Positions 13,432 through 27,320 of a stretch of 64,000 nt of DNA are shown here, piece by piece; position 1 is the stretch's first letter, and the number at the start of each line of letters is the position of its first letter. This DNA is from Octopus vulgaris. Taxonomy: Eukaryota. The notes beneath the pieces were generated by a model that ran no database searches, was not told the DNA's origin, and saw only the letters and a program-made list of their open reading frames with translations. The DNA is taken from positions 16,368,001 to 16,432,000 of the forward strand of contig OX597827.1 in the NCBI GenBank assembly GCA_951406725.2, in the 5' to 3' direction. The position numbers and the translations under genes were made by a program.

Positions 13432-13665
13432 GGGCGCGTAGCTTAGTGGTTAGTGCGTTGCGTTTATGATCTTAAAAATGTGGTTTTGATCTCTGGACTG
13501 AGCGATAAGTTATGTCCTTGAGCAAAACATGTTGCTCCAGTCCACTCAGCTAGCAAAAATGAGTAATCCTGCGACGGACCGGTGTCCCTTCAAGAGGGAG
13601 AATATATGCGCTATAGGATCCTAGAAATCGGCCTTGTGAGCCTATGACCCAGGAAGGACCTTTGA
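13432..13665 (+). mobile_element. SINE family D (CORE-type) with its own tail
   Basis: tRNA head TAGCTTAGTGGTTAG, CORE-like TGTCCTTGAGCAA..TTGCTCCAGTCCACTCAGCT, then CCTGCGACGGACCGGTGTCCC. Confidence 0.7.
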
Positions 13666-13768
13666 TTTTTTTATTCGATATAGCAGTCATAATTTTCCTC
13701 AACTAACGACTTGTCATTATATAATAGAAACGGTTTAACATCTGTCAAGCCGAAGTGATTAATCACGA

Positions 13769-13807
<39 letters not shown>

Positions 13808-14123
13808 GGGGATCACTTCATCTTGACAGATGAAAGCCGTCTCAATTAATCTACATCATCCCTATAATCTCGACTACGTCTGTGTACATTGAAATGTCTC
13901 TTAAGACCATTAGCTGATCTGAAATGCTTCGAATATGATGGATAAGATTTTAAACTTCTACAGCGTTCATATGGTTTACTTGTGGTGTGGTACTCTCCGG
14001 CACGTTCATGTGCTTTTCCAAACCACTTATTCTTACAGATTTTTCCACATGCTATGCATCATAATAAGGTGGCATATTAATCTCAAATGCATCTTGATTT
14101 TGCAAATCATTGTGTGATTTCAA

Positions 14124-14480
14124 GCGGTTTATGTAGCCAATATTTGGCTGGAGAAATCAGCCCAAAAAATTGCATTTCCAGTTTTTTTATCTTACGTGGT
14201 GCATCCATAATATCCCTTTTCTTCAAAGTACATTTTGAATATGTATGCTGCTTTTGGCTAGCTGAAAGCTTGAAATATCATCCTTCACCAGACTGTCCTC
14301 TGTTTCAATCAATCGTTTTTTTTTCTGCTCAGAACTGAACATCTAATTTCAACTTCACTAAATCGTCAAGAATACAGTTCTCGTACCGTTTCTTTGGGTT
14401 ATATTGCGGTCGTTTCCCAAATTGTAACTTCAAATTACACTTCACACTCTTTGTCTCTCTTTCTCTCTCTCTAACACACA

Positions 14481-14550
<70 letters not shown>

Positions 14551-14758
14551 TACGCACGTGTGCATATTTTCATGTGAATGGAATAAAATTGAAGCGAAGC
14601 ATCTTAAATGTATCATACACAGTAGGTACGTATATAGTATCTTAATTCGAGACTTTGAAAAATGAGGGTATCATAGGTGCACCAGGTAAGATTAAAAGCT
14701 GGAAATGCAATTTTTGTGACCAATATCGCCAGCGAAAATCTAGCTACATAAGCCACTT
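14124..14758. mobile_element. Old element bounded by diverged inverted repeats of about 105 bp (MITE/foldback-like)
   Basis: 14124-14230 vs reverse complement of 14652-14758; shared AAAAATTGCATTTCCAG..ATCTTAC.TGGTGCA. Confidence 0.6.
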
Positions 14759-14801
14759 CATCAACCGGAAAGGAGTGATGCCTCGTCAGTAGTAGCGCAG
14801 C

Positions 14802-14851
<50 letters not shown>

Positions 14852-14990
14852 CCTAAATTTGAGACACCAGCAAAAGAAGAAATAAAGATAGACTTTTTCT
14901 ATTCCAAAGAAAAACGATTTTATTCACAAAAATATGCAACCGAAGAGTTTAAAGTACCAGTAATGATAAGGCTGTTGACTGGGAAAACAC

Positions 14991-15230
14991 AAACAAATGC
15001 TTCAACAAAGACAACAAACTTCATAAACTCTTCGACTGGAACAATTTAAAGGTTAGTTATACAAAAACATCTATAAGAAAAGTTCTTTTATTGCCAAACC
15101 ACAAAACTCATTAAAGAATAACACACAAACATGGTTTAAACAGTAAGCTTGGCAGGAAAGAAACGTGCCTTTAAGCAGTAAAAAAACAACAAAAAATGGA
15201 AGGTGCAGTTATGTACAGGTTGACGGAAGA
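14991..15230 (+). mobile_element. PLE fragment; 14991-15122 duplicates 13184-13313
   Basis: Near-identical segment of about 130 bp, continuing toward a decayed C..CPL motif. Confidence 0.65.
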
Positions 15231-15389
15231 AAAGCAGGACAAAAACGATGCATGCAAATGGGTTAGCTGGAGGTAAATCTAGTTGGAAAAGCATGATGAT
15301 TTTTTTGCGCAAACTTCACGTGCATTTTTCTCGCGCACACGTAGTATCGATCGCAGCAGCTGATGTACTTTATTGATCGCATTCTCATC

Positions 15390-15535
15390 TGGAACCGATT
15401 TTTGTAATTTTTCAAGACTTATATACGCCCTGATACCGTCGGTATCTACACATCAAATTTGAGCGCAATCGGATGGAGGATGCCCGAGATCCTAGAAGGC
15501 ACACAGACAGACAGAACGGATTTTATATAATATAT
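15390..15535 (-). mobile_element. Non-autonomous Helitron-like 5' region
   Basis: CAAATTTGAGCGCAATCGG..ACAGACAGACAGA..TTTTATATA, same architecture as 26390-26497. Confidence 0.5.
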
Positions 15536-15543
15536 ATACATAC

Positions 15544-15722
<179 letters not shown>

Positions 15723-16043
15723 GGAGCACTCCGTCGGTTGCGACAAGGAGGGTCCCAGCTGATACGATCAACATAACGGCTTGCTCGTCAAATTAACGTG
15801 TAAGTGGCTGAGCACTCCACAAACACGTGTACCCTTAGCGTAGTTCTCGGGGAGATTCAGCATGACATAGAGTGTGACAAGGCTGGCCCTTTGAAATACA
15901 GGTACAACTCATTTTTGCCAGCTGAGTGGACTGGAGCAACGTGAAATATAGTGTCTTGCTCAAGGACACAACGCGCCGCTGGGAATTGAACTCATGACCT
16001 TACGATCATGAGCCGAATGCCCCTAACCACGAAGCCACGCGCC
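15723..16043 (-). mobile_element. SINE family D head + tail i
   Basis: D head and CORE followed by the tail found on family C (CTTGTCACACTCT..GGAGTGCTCC). Confidence 0.85.
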
Positions 16044-16046
16044 TTC

Positions 16047-16139
<93 letters not shown>

Positions 16140-16140
16140 A

Positions 16141-16171
<31 letters not shown>

Positions 16172-17137
16172 GTGAGAATTTATAAAAACAAAACAAAAGA
16201 CGAAGACGGGTGTGTAAACAACAAACAGATGTATTAGTTTAACGCTCTGGAAGTGAGAAAGTCTTTTACGTTTCGAGCCTACGCTCTTCGACAAAAAGGA
16301 ACACAGAAACATAAAATATTAACTTACATATATTTATATATGGTGTAAAAGGCAGTATAAAGTCGTTGTGCAATTTTAGTTCTTTATATAATGAAATTGT
16401 ATCTGTGAAAAAGGATATGGGAAATATTTGTTTTTACGCTATTAAATAGATTTGTTCATGAAGTGGTTAATTTTCAATATATCCACTGTCATTCCACGTA
16501 CAAACAATAATGCAAGTCTGAAATTTTAGATATTCGTTTTGCTGCTGATTCTTCTGTTGCTGCTGATTCTTCTAAATCATATTAGTTATGTTTCTGGCCC
16601 GCAAGTCATCAATGAAACAAGTTTTATTTAGCTTAATAAACTCTAGTCGTTACATGTCTTCATAAAATGTGGTTGAAGTAATTATTAAATTTACGAAATG
16701 AATTAATCAACAATTAATAATATATTTTTGATTGATGACCATAAAATTCGTGCGTCAGGTTTCTAAATGCCCGTTAAAGAGTAATTCTATCATTATACGC
16801 AACTGATGTTATAAATACTTTTCATGTAAGGTTATACATCTAATTACATTACGGTATACCAAGTCACATCAAAGTACACAACACTATAGCAAAGTATACT
16901 GCACTCCGCCACATTGCACGACATTGCTCCACATCAGAGAACGCCATATAACACCACTCTGCCCTGCCTCAAACTACATCAATATAAACCCGACTGCATC
17001 ACTCGGCAGAGCACCATAACATCACACAACACTAGACCACACCACCATACTACAACAAACTATACTAGAATATGTTAAGCTACACCACACCAAAAACAGG
17101 AAAGCCACATCGTACAACGTTAGATTATTTTAATTTC

Positions 17138-17820
17138 AAATTTTGGCTCAAGGGCCAGGGGATAAACCGATCACATCGACCCCAGTGCTCGACTGGTACT
17201 TATTTTATCGACCCCGAGAAGGATAAATGACAAAGTCGACTTCGGTGGAATTTGAACTCAGAACATAAAGACGGACGAAATGCTGCTTGTCATCTTGCCC
17301 GGCGTGCTTAACAATTCTGTGAGCTTTGTAACTTTATATTATATTACATCACGTTAAGGCGGTGAGCTGGCAGAAACGTTTGCACGCCGGGCGATAATGC
17401 TTAGCGGTATTTCGTCTGACGTTACGTTCTGAGTTCAAATTCCGCCGAGGTAGACTTTGCCTTTCATCCTTTCGGGGTCGATAAATAAAGTACCAGTTTC
17501 GCACTGGGGTCGATGTAATCGACTTAATCCCTTTGTCTGTCCTTGTTTGTCCCCTCTGTGTTTAGCCCCTTGTGGGTAGTAAAGAAATATATATTACATC
17601 ACGTTCTAAGGTGGCAACTGGCGGAATCGTTAACACTCCGGGCAAAATTCTTAGCGGGATTTCTTCCGGCTCTATATGTTCTGAGTTCAAATTCAACCGA
17701 GGTCGACTTTACATTTCATCCTTTTGAGGTTGATAAAATAAGTACCAGTTGAGTACTGGAGTCGATGTTCTCGACTTGGCCCATTCCACGAAATTCCTGG
17801 CCGTGTGTCAGAACTTGAAA
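17138..17820. mobile_element. Cluster of three family A SINEs: 17138-17325(-), 17357-17588(+), 17609-17820(+)
   Basis: A core in each; 16-bp TSD TATATTACATCACGTT at 17340-17355 and 17590-17605 around the middle copy. Confidence 0.85.
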
Positions 17821-17928
17821 GTCATTGACTGGATAAAAACCGAGGCAGTAGGTGTGCCATAGAAATATGGATATGTGCAAAAAGATGCTGCTGCTGCTGT
17901 TGCTGTTGCTGCTATTGCTGTTGGTGCT

Positions 17929-18297
17929 GTTGAGCGAACGGTCTTCGTCCCAGAGCTCGCAAGATGGGAGAAGTCCGAAACGTGGTCCTTTGCTATTCGT
18001 AAGACCTGCAGAAGAGAAAGCAGGTCAACCCCCGACACCGAGAGCATCGACGGATGGACGAATGCGCATCAAGGCTCAGCGGTTGCGTAGGAAGTCGGGG
18101 ACAAGAAACAGGAAGAAAAAGTGAGAGAAAGTTGGGGCGAAAGAGTACAACAGGGGTCGCCACCAACCCCTGCCGGAGCCTCGTGGAGCTTTAGGTGTTT
18201 TCGCTCAATAAACACACACAACGCCCGGTCTGGGAATCGAAACCGCGATCCTTCGACCGCGAGTCCGCTACCCTAACCACTGGGCCATTGCGCCTCT
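17929..18297 (-). mobile_element. SINE family C with tail ii
   Basis: C head; tail matches 45850-45990; ends in (CAG/CAA)n. Confidence 0.88.
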
Positions 18298-19147
18298 ACT
18301 GCTGCTTCTGCACCTACCGCTGCTGTCTTCTCTTTAAAATGATTAACTACATGAGCCAATGAGGAGTTGTTTTTCTTCTTTTTAGCCACTTTGCTTAATA
18401 AAGAAGTGAAATGTCCCTCAATACTATCCCTACTGTCTTAAAAATTTATCAGTAAAGATCTGTTTGTGTTCTGACCTAGATTGCTGCCCTGTTTCTTCTC
18501 TCTTTCTTGCATTATCAAGTCGACGAATGATCCCTGGTCACTTCTTTTAGGGGCACTATGTGTTTGTCGTCGAATTTTTTCTTGGAAGATACAGAAGTGG
18601 GTTTCCGTTGTCTTTCTTTTGGCAAATTATTTATTGATTTATTTTGCCATCTTATCAGTTATAGCCAAATCTGAGAGTGTATGAATGTGTGTGTGTGAGT
18701 GTGAGAGAGAGAGAGAGAGAGAGAGGGAGAAAGAGAAAGGGGTGCAAAGCATAGAGAGAAAAAGGGAGGGAGAGGAATGAACGCCAGGTCTTGAACAATA
18801 TTTTATTTATCGATCAGGGAAAGACGAAGATTGAATGTTGAGCTCGGTGGAAAGTGAACTCAGAGTGCAGGAAGCCGAACTACAGGCCGTAACTCATTCT
18901 GTCCGACACTCTAACGATTCTGCCAGCCGGCCGCATTATATAGTTCCAGTTCAATAACGCATTTAAAATGAAACTTCGATTTAAATTTCAAACGGTCGGT
19001 GACCATGTGTCAAATTGGAAGGGAGATAACCCAAAAGGTAAAAGTTCAACGTAAATTGACACGCTGAATATGACAGCTAAGTGGGAGGTCTTCAAGACTG
19101 GGTTCCATGCTTCTGTGTCAAATTCCTCATTAGCAGTATAAAAACCT

Positions 19148-19765
<618 letters not shown>

Positions 19766-20104
19766 ATCTGATGTCAAAACAAACGTGATTGACACAACTG
19801 CAATAACACAAACAATTCCAAATTTCAACGTATCGCAATGTAAAACATTGAAAAACAGGAAGAAGTGTACAGCGGTAATGGCATAGGAAATCCACTCCTA
19901 CCCATCCATTAAGTACCACGTGATCAAAACTACACCATTAGTTCCCCCTCCTTCCTCTCTCTGCTCTATAATTCATATACCTTCACTGACCAACTATTCT
20001 CTCACCGTTCCATGGCTTGGCAAATTTGGAGCAGTGTCTTCTTAAACCTTTTGAGTTCATGATTTGTATGTCATTCTTAATGTATACGTTTTTTTTTATA
20101 AATT

Positions 20105-20922
20105 CTTTCATTCTTTACTTGTTTCAGTCATTTTGACTGCGGTCATGCTGGAGCACCGCCTTTAGTCGAACAAATCTACCTCAGGACTTATTTTCTTATT
20201 TCTTTACTGCCCACAAGGGGTTACACACAGATGGGACAAACAAGGACAGACAAACGGATTAAGTCGATTATATTGACCCCAGTGCATAACTGGTACTTAT
20301 TTAATCGACCCCGAAAGGATGAAAGGCAAAGTCGACCTCGGCGGAATTTGAACTCAGAACGTAGCGGCAGACGAAATACCTATTTCTTTACTACCCACAA
20401 GGGGCTAAACGCAGAGAAGACAAACAAGCACAGACAAACGGATCAAGTCGATTATATCGACCCCAGTGCGTAACTGGTACTTATTTAATCGACCTCGAAA
20501 GGATGAAAGGCAAAGTCGACCTCGGCGGAATTTGAACTCAGAACGTAACGGCAGGCAAAATACCTATTTCTTTATTACCCACAAGGGGCTAAACACAGAG
20601 GGGACAAACAAGGACAGACATAGGTATTAAGTCGATTACATCGACCCCACTGTGTAACTGGTACTTAATTTATCGACCCCGAAAGGATGAAAGGCAAAGT
20701 CGACCTCGGCGGAATTTGAACTCAGAACGTAACGCAGACGAAATACCGCTAAGCATTTCGCCCGGCGTGCTAACGTTTCTGCCAGCTCGCCGCCTTTACT
20801 TATTTTCGCCCAGGACTTATTTCCTGTAAGCCTAGTACTTATTCTACCGGTCACTTTTGCCGAACCGCTAGGTTACGGGAACGTAAACATACCAACATCA
20901 GTTGTAAAGCAATGGTGGGGGA

Positions 20923-20962
<40 letters not shown>

Positions 20963-21134
20963 AAATATATACGACAAGCTTCTTTGAGTTTCCGTCTACC
21001 AAATCCACTCAGAAGACTTTGGTCGGCCCGAGGCTATAGCAGAAGGCACTTGCCCAAGATGCCACACAGTGGGACTGAACCCAGAACCATGTGGTTGAGA
21101 AGCAAGCTACTTACCACACAGCCACTCCTGCGCC
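20105..21134 (-). mobile_element. SINE family B containing a nested family A trimer
   Basis: B 3' end at 20105-20195; B resumes at about 20808. Confidence 0.85.
20197..20795 (-). mobile_element. SINE family A trimer (one head + three core/tail units of about 183 bp)
   Basis: Unit ends TATTTCTTTA recur at about 20198, 20381 and 20565; flanking ACTTATTTTC duplication at 20186-20195 and 20798-20807. Confidence 0.88.
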
Positions 21135-21144
21135 TGATAAGTTA

Positions 21145-21530
21145 TTTCACTTCTTTTATTCATTGAACCGCGGCCATGCTGGGGCACTGCCTTGAAGGAT
21201 TTAGTCGAACAAGCTTTTTAAACTCTGGTACGTATTCTATCGGTCTCTTTTACCGAACTGCTAGTTCATGGAGACGTACACAAATCAACACAGGTTATCA
21301 GGCTGTGAAGGGTCAAATGTAAAGACTAACAGACGGACAGACAAACACACGTGCGCGCATACACACATACATACACAATGGACTTGTACATTGTTTCCGT
21401 ATACTAAATTCACTCACAAGACATCGATCAGCTCGAGATTACAGTAGAAGACACTTGTCTAAGTTGCCGCGCAGTGGGATTGAAACCGAAACCATAAGGT
21501 TGCAAAGCGAGCTTCTTCCCCAACAGAGCC
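21145..21530 (-). mobile_element. Older, diverged family B SINE
   Basis: All B modules recognisable at reduced identity. Confidence 0.7.
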
Positions 21531-22182
21531 ATATTTAAACATTGACTTAGATAATTTAGATAGGTTTCGGCCTTCAATGGCCCAGGCCATATCTAACTAT
21601 AAATAGCACCACCTGTCGTAGTTTTTTAAGTCATGTTTTAGGACATCATAGCCCACTCGAACAGGAACTTATTATTTGCCTATGTATCCAGATGTCGGTT
21701 TGTCTACTGTTTCTTGGAGGAGTTTGTCCTGGTACCAGTTGCGGCATAAAAGTGGTTCTGCAATGTTGTTAATAGATGTGAGCTCGATTTTTGTTGGGAG
21801 CATGTAAAGCTCTGGGACCGTTTGTAAAAAAAAAAATGAAATCTCAGGCAAAATCAATTAATCAATAAGTAAGGTAGTGCTCATTATATCTAGAGGTTCT
21901 CTTAGATTGGCGAGCTTGATAGGGTTAGTATTCATCTGTTGAACATCTGTCAGCTGACGCCTGCAGGAAAATACGAACGAAATTACAAGGGTTGCTGTTA
22001 TAAAGGGGATGAGGTGGGAGCGTCTGGTGATTTGTTTAATACAGAACTGGTGATGAGAAAGAATAGTATCGACATAGAGGAATTAGAGAGACGTGTGTGA
22101 GAGACGTGTGTGTAAGGTGAGGCGGTATTCAGTTAGCTAGTTCAAAGTAGCAGAGATCACAGAAGTCATAGAATAGAAAGAA

Positions 22183-22259
<77 letters not shown>

Positions 22260-23027
22260 CCTAGCTTGTCTGTGAGTTATTGATAGCGTGTTGGCGAGAC
22301 GAGTCATTCAGTTGGATGACCTTCTTTTGAATGCAGTAACCCTGCAGCGCATTCGTCTGATTCGGCAGCCAATAATTAAACCATTAGAAAAAAATATTAA
22401 AACATGAACATCATTAATTTGTGGACATAGTATATAAAGAAAACAGCCATCGTTTCTAACCACGCAATTAACTAAAACAAAAGAAGCATTTTAGTTTTAC
22501 CTCATTTTTCAATTTAAAGTGACAGCTAGCCTTGATACTTTTAAGTATTTCCTGGAAGTTTAGGAACTTTTTGAGACAAGCAGACTCTCATTTCCTCTTC
22601 AATAGAGAATTCTTTATTTCTTTTTCTTATTTTCAGCTTTAATGTTTGGCAGTATCGAAAAATTCAAAGGCACACCCATAAGATTAGTAGAAAACTATTT
22701 CGAAAACTGTTGATGCACGAGTAGATATTTCAGAAAGCTTGCCTGTAATAGAAAGCTAGAACATATCGAAGGATTGCTTGAGTGTTTTCTTTTTAGATTT
22801 ATTTGAAATCAATTGAAATGGCTTCTGGCAAGTCATCCTTCATTTACTGTGAAATAAATAAATAAGTCAGGTGAAACAGGAACGAAATGGTTTCTTTTCC
22901 AGTAGAAACTCTTTGTAGGGGAACAATGGAAAATAATGTTGGTTATCGTCCGTCAGTGTTTCCAAATGCTCTTTTATGAAATCACCAGTTATCTTTTATA
23001 CGTACTTGTTGCTTTTTAGTTCCACTC

Positions 23028-23601
<574 letters not shown>

Positions 23602-23962
23602 TTAGGACAGTTCTAACCAAAGGCACTCAAATTCTTATCATTCCGTCTTTTTCTTTTCTTTTTTTCTCAGATACACATTTCTATGTATGTATTATCCGAC
23701 ATATCGTTCCTTTAAGGTGGAAGGGAAGTATTTGGAGGAGATTTGGCTGTTATCTCTAGCTTGTCGGTCGATCGATCATATAGAAGCTCCTTACTTGGCT
23801 TCTAAGCTTTTATTACGGCTTGTATTGTGTTAAGGTACGCGTAGTAACATGTTGAGATCACAAAGCCTTATTCTCTTGCAGCAGACATTTTGTTTCTTTT
23901 TTTACACTATTAATCTCAAAGACTATCGATCGAACTAAAGCGGTGAAATAGCAAAGTTGAAA

Positions 23963-24440
23963 GGCGGCGAGCTGGCAGAATCGATAAGCACGCCGGGCGA
24001 ATGCTCAGCGGTATTTCGTCTGTCGCTACGTTCTGAGTTCAAATTCTGTCGAGGTCGAATTTGCCTTTCATCCTTTCGGGGTCGATAAATTAAGTACCAG
24101 TTACGCACTTGGGCAGGTGTCTTCTACTATAGCCTCGGGCCGACCAAAGCCTTGTGAGTGGATTTGGTAGACGGAAACTGAAAGAAGCCCATCGTATATA
24201 TGTATATGTATATATATGTGTGTGTGTATGTGTGTTTGTGTATCTGTGTTTGTTCCCCCAACATCGCATGACAACCGATGCTGGTGTGTTTACGTCCCCG
24301 TAACTTAGCGGTTCGGCAAAAGAGACCGATAGATTAAGTACTAGACTTACAGAGAATAAGTCCTGGGGTCGATTTTCTCGACTAAAGGCGGTGCTCCAGC
24401 ATGGTCGCAGTCAAATGACTGAAACAAGTAAAAGAGTAAA
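23963..24440 (+). mobile_element. Chimeric SINE: A head/core fused to B body
   Basis: A sequence to GTTACGCACT (about 24109), then TGGGCAGGTGTCTTCTACTATAGCC of B. Confidence 0.85.
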
Positions 24441-25439
24441 CAGAGTAAAAACAGTACCGTCTTGAATTATAAGTTAAAAAATTTAAATATTTTTTAGTCC
24501 TAGATATAGCCCTAAAGTGACCAAGCGGTTACGGATGGACTGTCTTTGAGCACAGAGTTACTCGATCGGAATTTGCCTTTGTTGAAAACAACAACAACAA
24601 CAACAATATCCTTAACCTATACTTCTGCTGACGAAGGGGTAGAACTCTCAAACAAACGAGAGAGTACTAGGGAATAATGTTAGCCAACCTGTAAAAATCT
24701 TCTCCCGTTTTCACCGTATTTAAAACTGCTGTGGTCGCTTTTAATTCTGTTTGGTCAACACTTCTTTATAATTAAATTGAAAATATATTCTTACCAGGTT
24801 AACTAAGATTACAACATTCACTGCCAGACTATTCACGACAGCTTCCACCCGTTCCTGTCACTTCCTCACCTCAATTCTCTATATTAAACTAAACTAGAGT
24901 AAAATAAAATCAATATTCATGATGAAAATCCATAATTTTACGAAACTGTTTGAAGTACCATGTCTTAAGTGGATATTGATGTCACAAAACTCAAATATTA
25001 TTATAACTCGTTTTATCAACATAGATTTCAGTTTTGTTTCCAGCAGCTTTACATTAAAATATTCTCTGTGCATACAAACACAAGAGGAGATAGCTTAAAT
25101 GGTGGAGTGTGTTTTATTCTACGAGAAAGAAGTAAAATCTAACGTTTCGGAATCTTGTCTTTCCTCGGGAAAGATATATAAAAATTATATTCTTTTATAC
25201 TGGGATGTTAAAAATAAACTTTTGCGCCGTAGTTTATTTGCTCCCCACTTTATAAAAGAGAACTAGTACCCGTGGTTAGATATATTTCTTGCTCACAGCA
25301 TTAAAACCTATCTCACTATTCGAACTATTTGTATTACACTTTGCTGGCTCAGAACATCACTAATTTCTTCGTATACTGTTATCTTAAAAAAAAGGAGATA
25401 TATTTAGATTTTGATAATTTGCATAAATTTATGAAATAA

Positions 25440-25685
25440 CTTTTATTCTTTTGTTATTTTACTGGTTTCAGTCATTTGATTGTGGCCATGCTGGAGCACC
25501 GCCTTTAGTCGAAAAAATCGACCGCCAGGGATTATTCTTTTAAAGCCTAGTACTTATTCTATCAGTCTCTTTTGCCGAACCGCTAAGTTACGGGGGTGTA
25601 AAAAAAACCGGCATCGGTTGTCAGGCAACGGTGGAGGGACAAACAGACACAGACACAGACACACACACACACAGACACACACACA

Positions 25686-25728
<43 letters not shown>

Positions 25729-25938
25729 ACACAAACACACACACGCAAACAGACACACACATACGCACACACATGACAGGCTTCTTTCAGTTTCCGTCTA
25801 CTAAATCTACTCACAAGGCTTTGGTCGACCTGAGGCTATAGTAGAAGACACTTGCCCAAGGTACCACGCTGTGAGACTGAATCCGGAACCATGTGGCTGG
25901 TAAGCAAGCTACTTACCACACCAGCCACACCTGCGCCT
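25440..25938 (-). mobile_element. SINE family B
   Basis: Identity to other B copies. Confidence 0.88.
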
Positions 25939-26110
25939 TCACAAAAAAAAAAATGAAAAAAACGTCAAGACCCTTTGTTGAGATTTACGATAATTAAAAA
26001 CTGAGAAAACTGTCACAACGCAGGTTTTCTATGAAAATTGTATTTTCAGAAAATTTATGGAAAATTTTATTTAATAAATTTATAAACAATAAAAATCATT
26101 TTATCGTTTA

Positions 26111-26497
26111 CTAGCAGTATCGCCCGGCGTTGCTCAGGTTTGTAAGGGAAATAACTATAAAGCATTTTTAGAGAGTTATAGCCAAAAAATAGCAAAAAAA
26201 TGGGAAAAAAATGATGGTAAATTTTTTTTTGAGAGTAAAAAAAGGTTGAGTTGCGTCCCCTAGACAGTCTGTGGTTTGTTTCTTTTGATTCTCGACCCCA
26301 TGTCGAATTTATCGATTTTTTTCAGAACTGGGGGAACTTTTCAAAATTTTCGCTGCGTTAGTTTTGAATTATGACATTGGGCTATGTGTGTGTCAAGTTT
26401 CATCAGAATCGGTTGAAAGCCGTGGTCAGGGTGAGGGTACGAGAAAACAGACACACAGAAACACGCACAGACAAACTGCCGTTTATATAGAGAGAGA
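26111..26497 (-). mobile_element. Complete non-autonomous Helitron
   Basis: Minus strand starts TC and ends CTAG after subterminal GC hairpin CCTGAGCAACGCCGGG; inserted between A and T; no TSD. Confidence 0.8.
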
Positions 26498-26614
26498 TAC
26501 CAGGTTAGTCCTAATAAAGTAAACCTATGATCAGAGGGTATTATTGCTAGGACCATTCGGTCTTTTTTGTAAATCACACTGTATATCTTGAACCGTATTA
26601 TTAAAATATGAAAT

Positions 26615-26900
26615 GTGGAGGCGCAATGGTCCAGTGGTTACGGCAGCGGACTCGCGGTTTCGATTCCCAGACCAGGTGTTGTGAGTGTTTATTGAGTGAA
26701 ACACCTACAACTCCACGAGGCTCCAGCAGTGGTTGGTGGCGATCCCTGCTGTACTCTTTCGCTACAACTTTCTCTCCCTCTTTCTTCTGTTGGCCAGCTC
26801 GCTTAGCCAGCGAGGTAGCATCATTTGAAGGCTAATACATTGTGACCAGCGATGTGTAGCACAATCTGATAGCCTGGTCGGTCACAGTGATCACAGTGAT
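26615..26900 (+). mobile_element. SINE family C with tail iii
   Basis: C head; tail ends (CACAGTGAT)2; matches 56203-56510 and 62245-62562. Confidence 0.85.
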
Positions 26901-26977
26901 TTTGTAAAGACGGTAAGATGTGATTTGAGGGGAAATTTGGTTGTTATTCATAGCAGGTCAAGCGTCGCTTCCAAACC

Positions 26978-27054
26978 GTCTTCTACTATAGCCTGGGGCT
27001 GACTAAAGCCTTGTGACTGGATATGGTAGACGGAAAACTGGGAGAAGCCCATCG

Positions 27055-27089
<35 letters not shown>

Positions 27090-27109
27090 GTATATATATA
27101 TACGATGGG

Positions 27110-27165
<56 letters not shown>

Positions 27166-27320
27166 CTATGTATGTGCGTGTGTGTGTATGCGCGCGCACG
27201 TATCTTTGTGTTTGCGTTTGTCCCACACCACTGCTCGGCAACCGGTGTTGCTGCGTTTACGTCCCCGTAACTTAGCGGTTCGGCAAAAAAGACCACTAGA
27301 ATAATGATCAACCGGGGTCA
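26978..27320 (+). mobile_element. Partial family B SINE
   Basis: Internal B modules around (TA)n. Confidence 0.75.

Noticed and set aside
17951-17992. Hammerhead-like fold antisense to SINE tail ii (GGA-gaag-TCC-GAAAC-gtg-GTC)
   Set aside because: The 5' core is 11 nt and does not match CTGANGA; wrong strand relative to the SINE
20197-20795. CRISPR-like periodic repeats
   Set aside because: Units are whole tandem SINE segments without unique spacers; eukaryotic context with no cas genes
22620-22715. Possible acceptor TTTTCAG plus short open frame
   Set aside because: Frames close quickly; no homology or donor support
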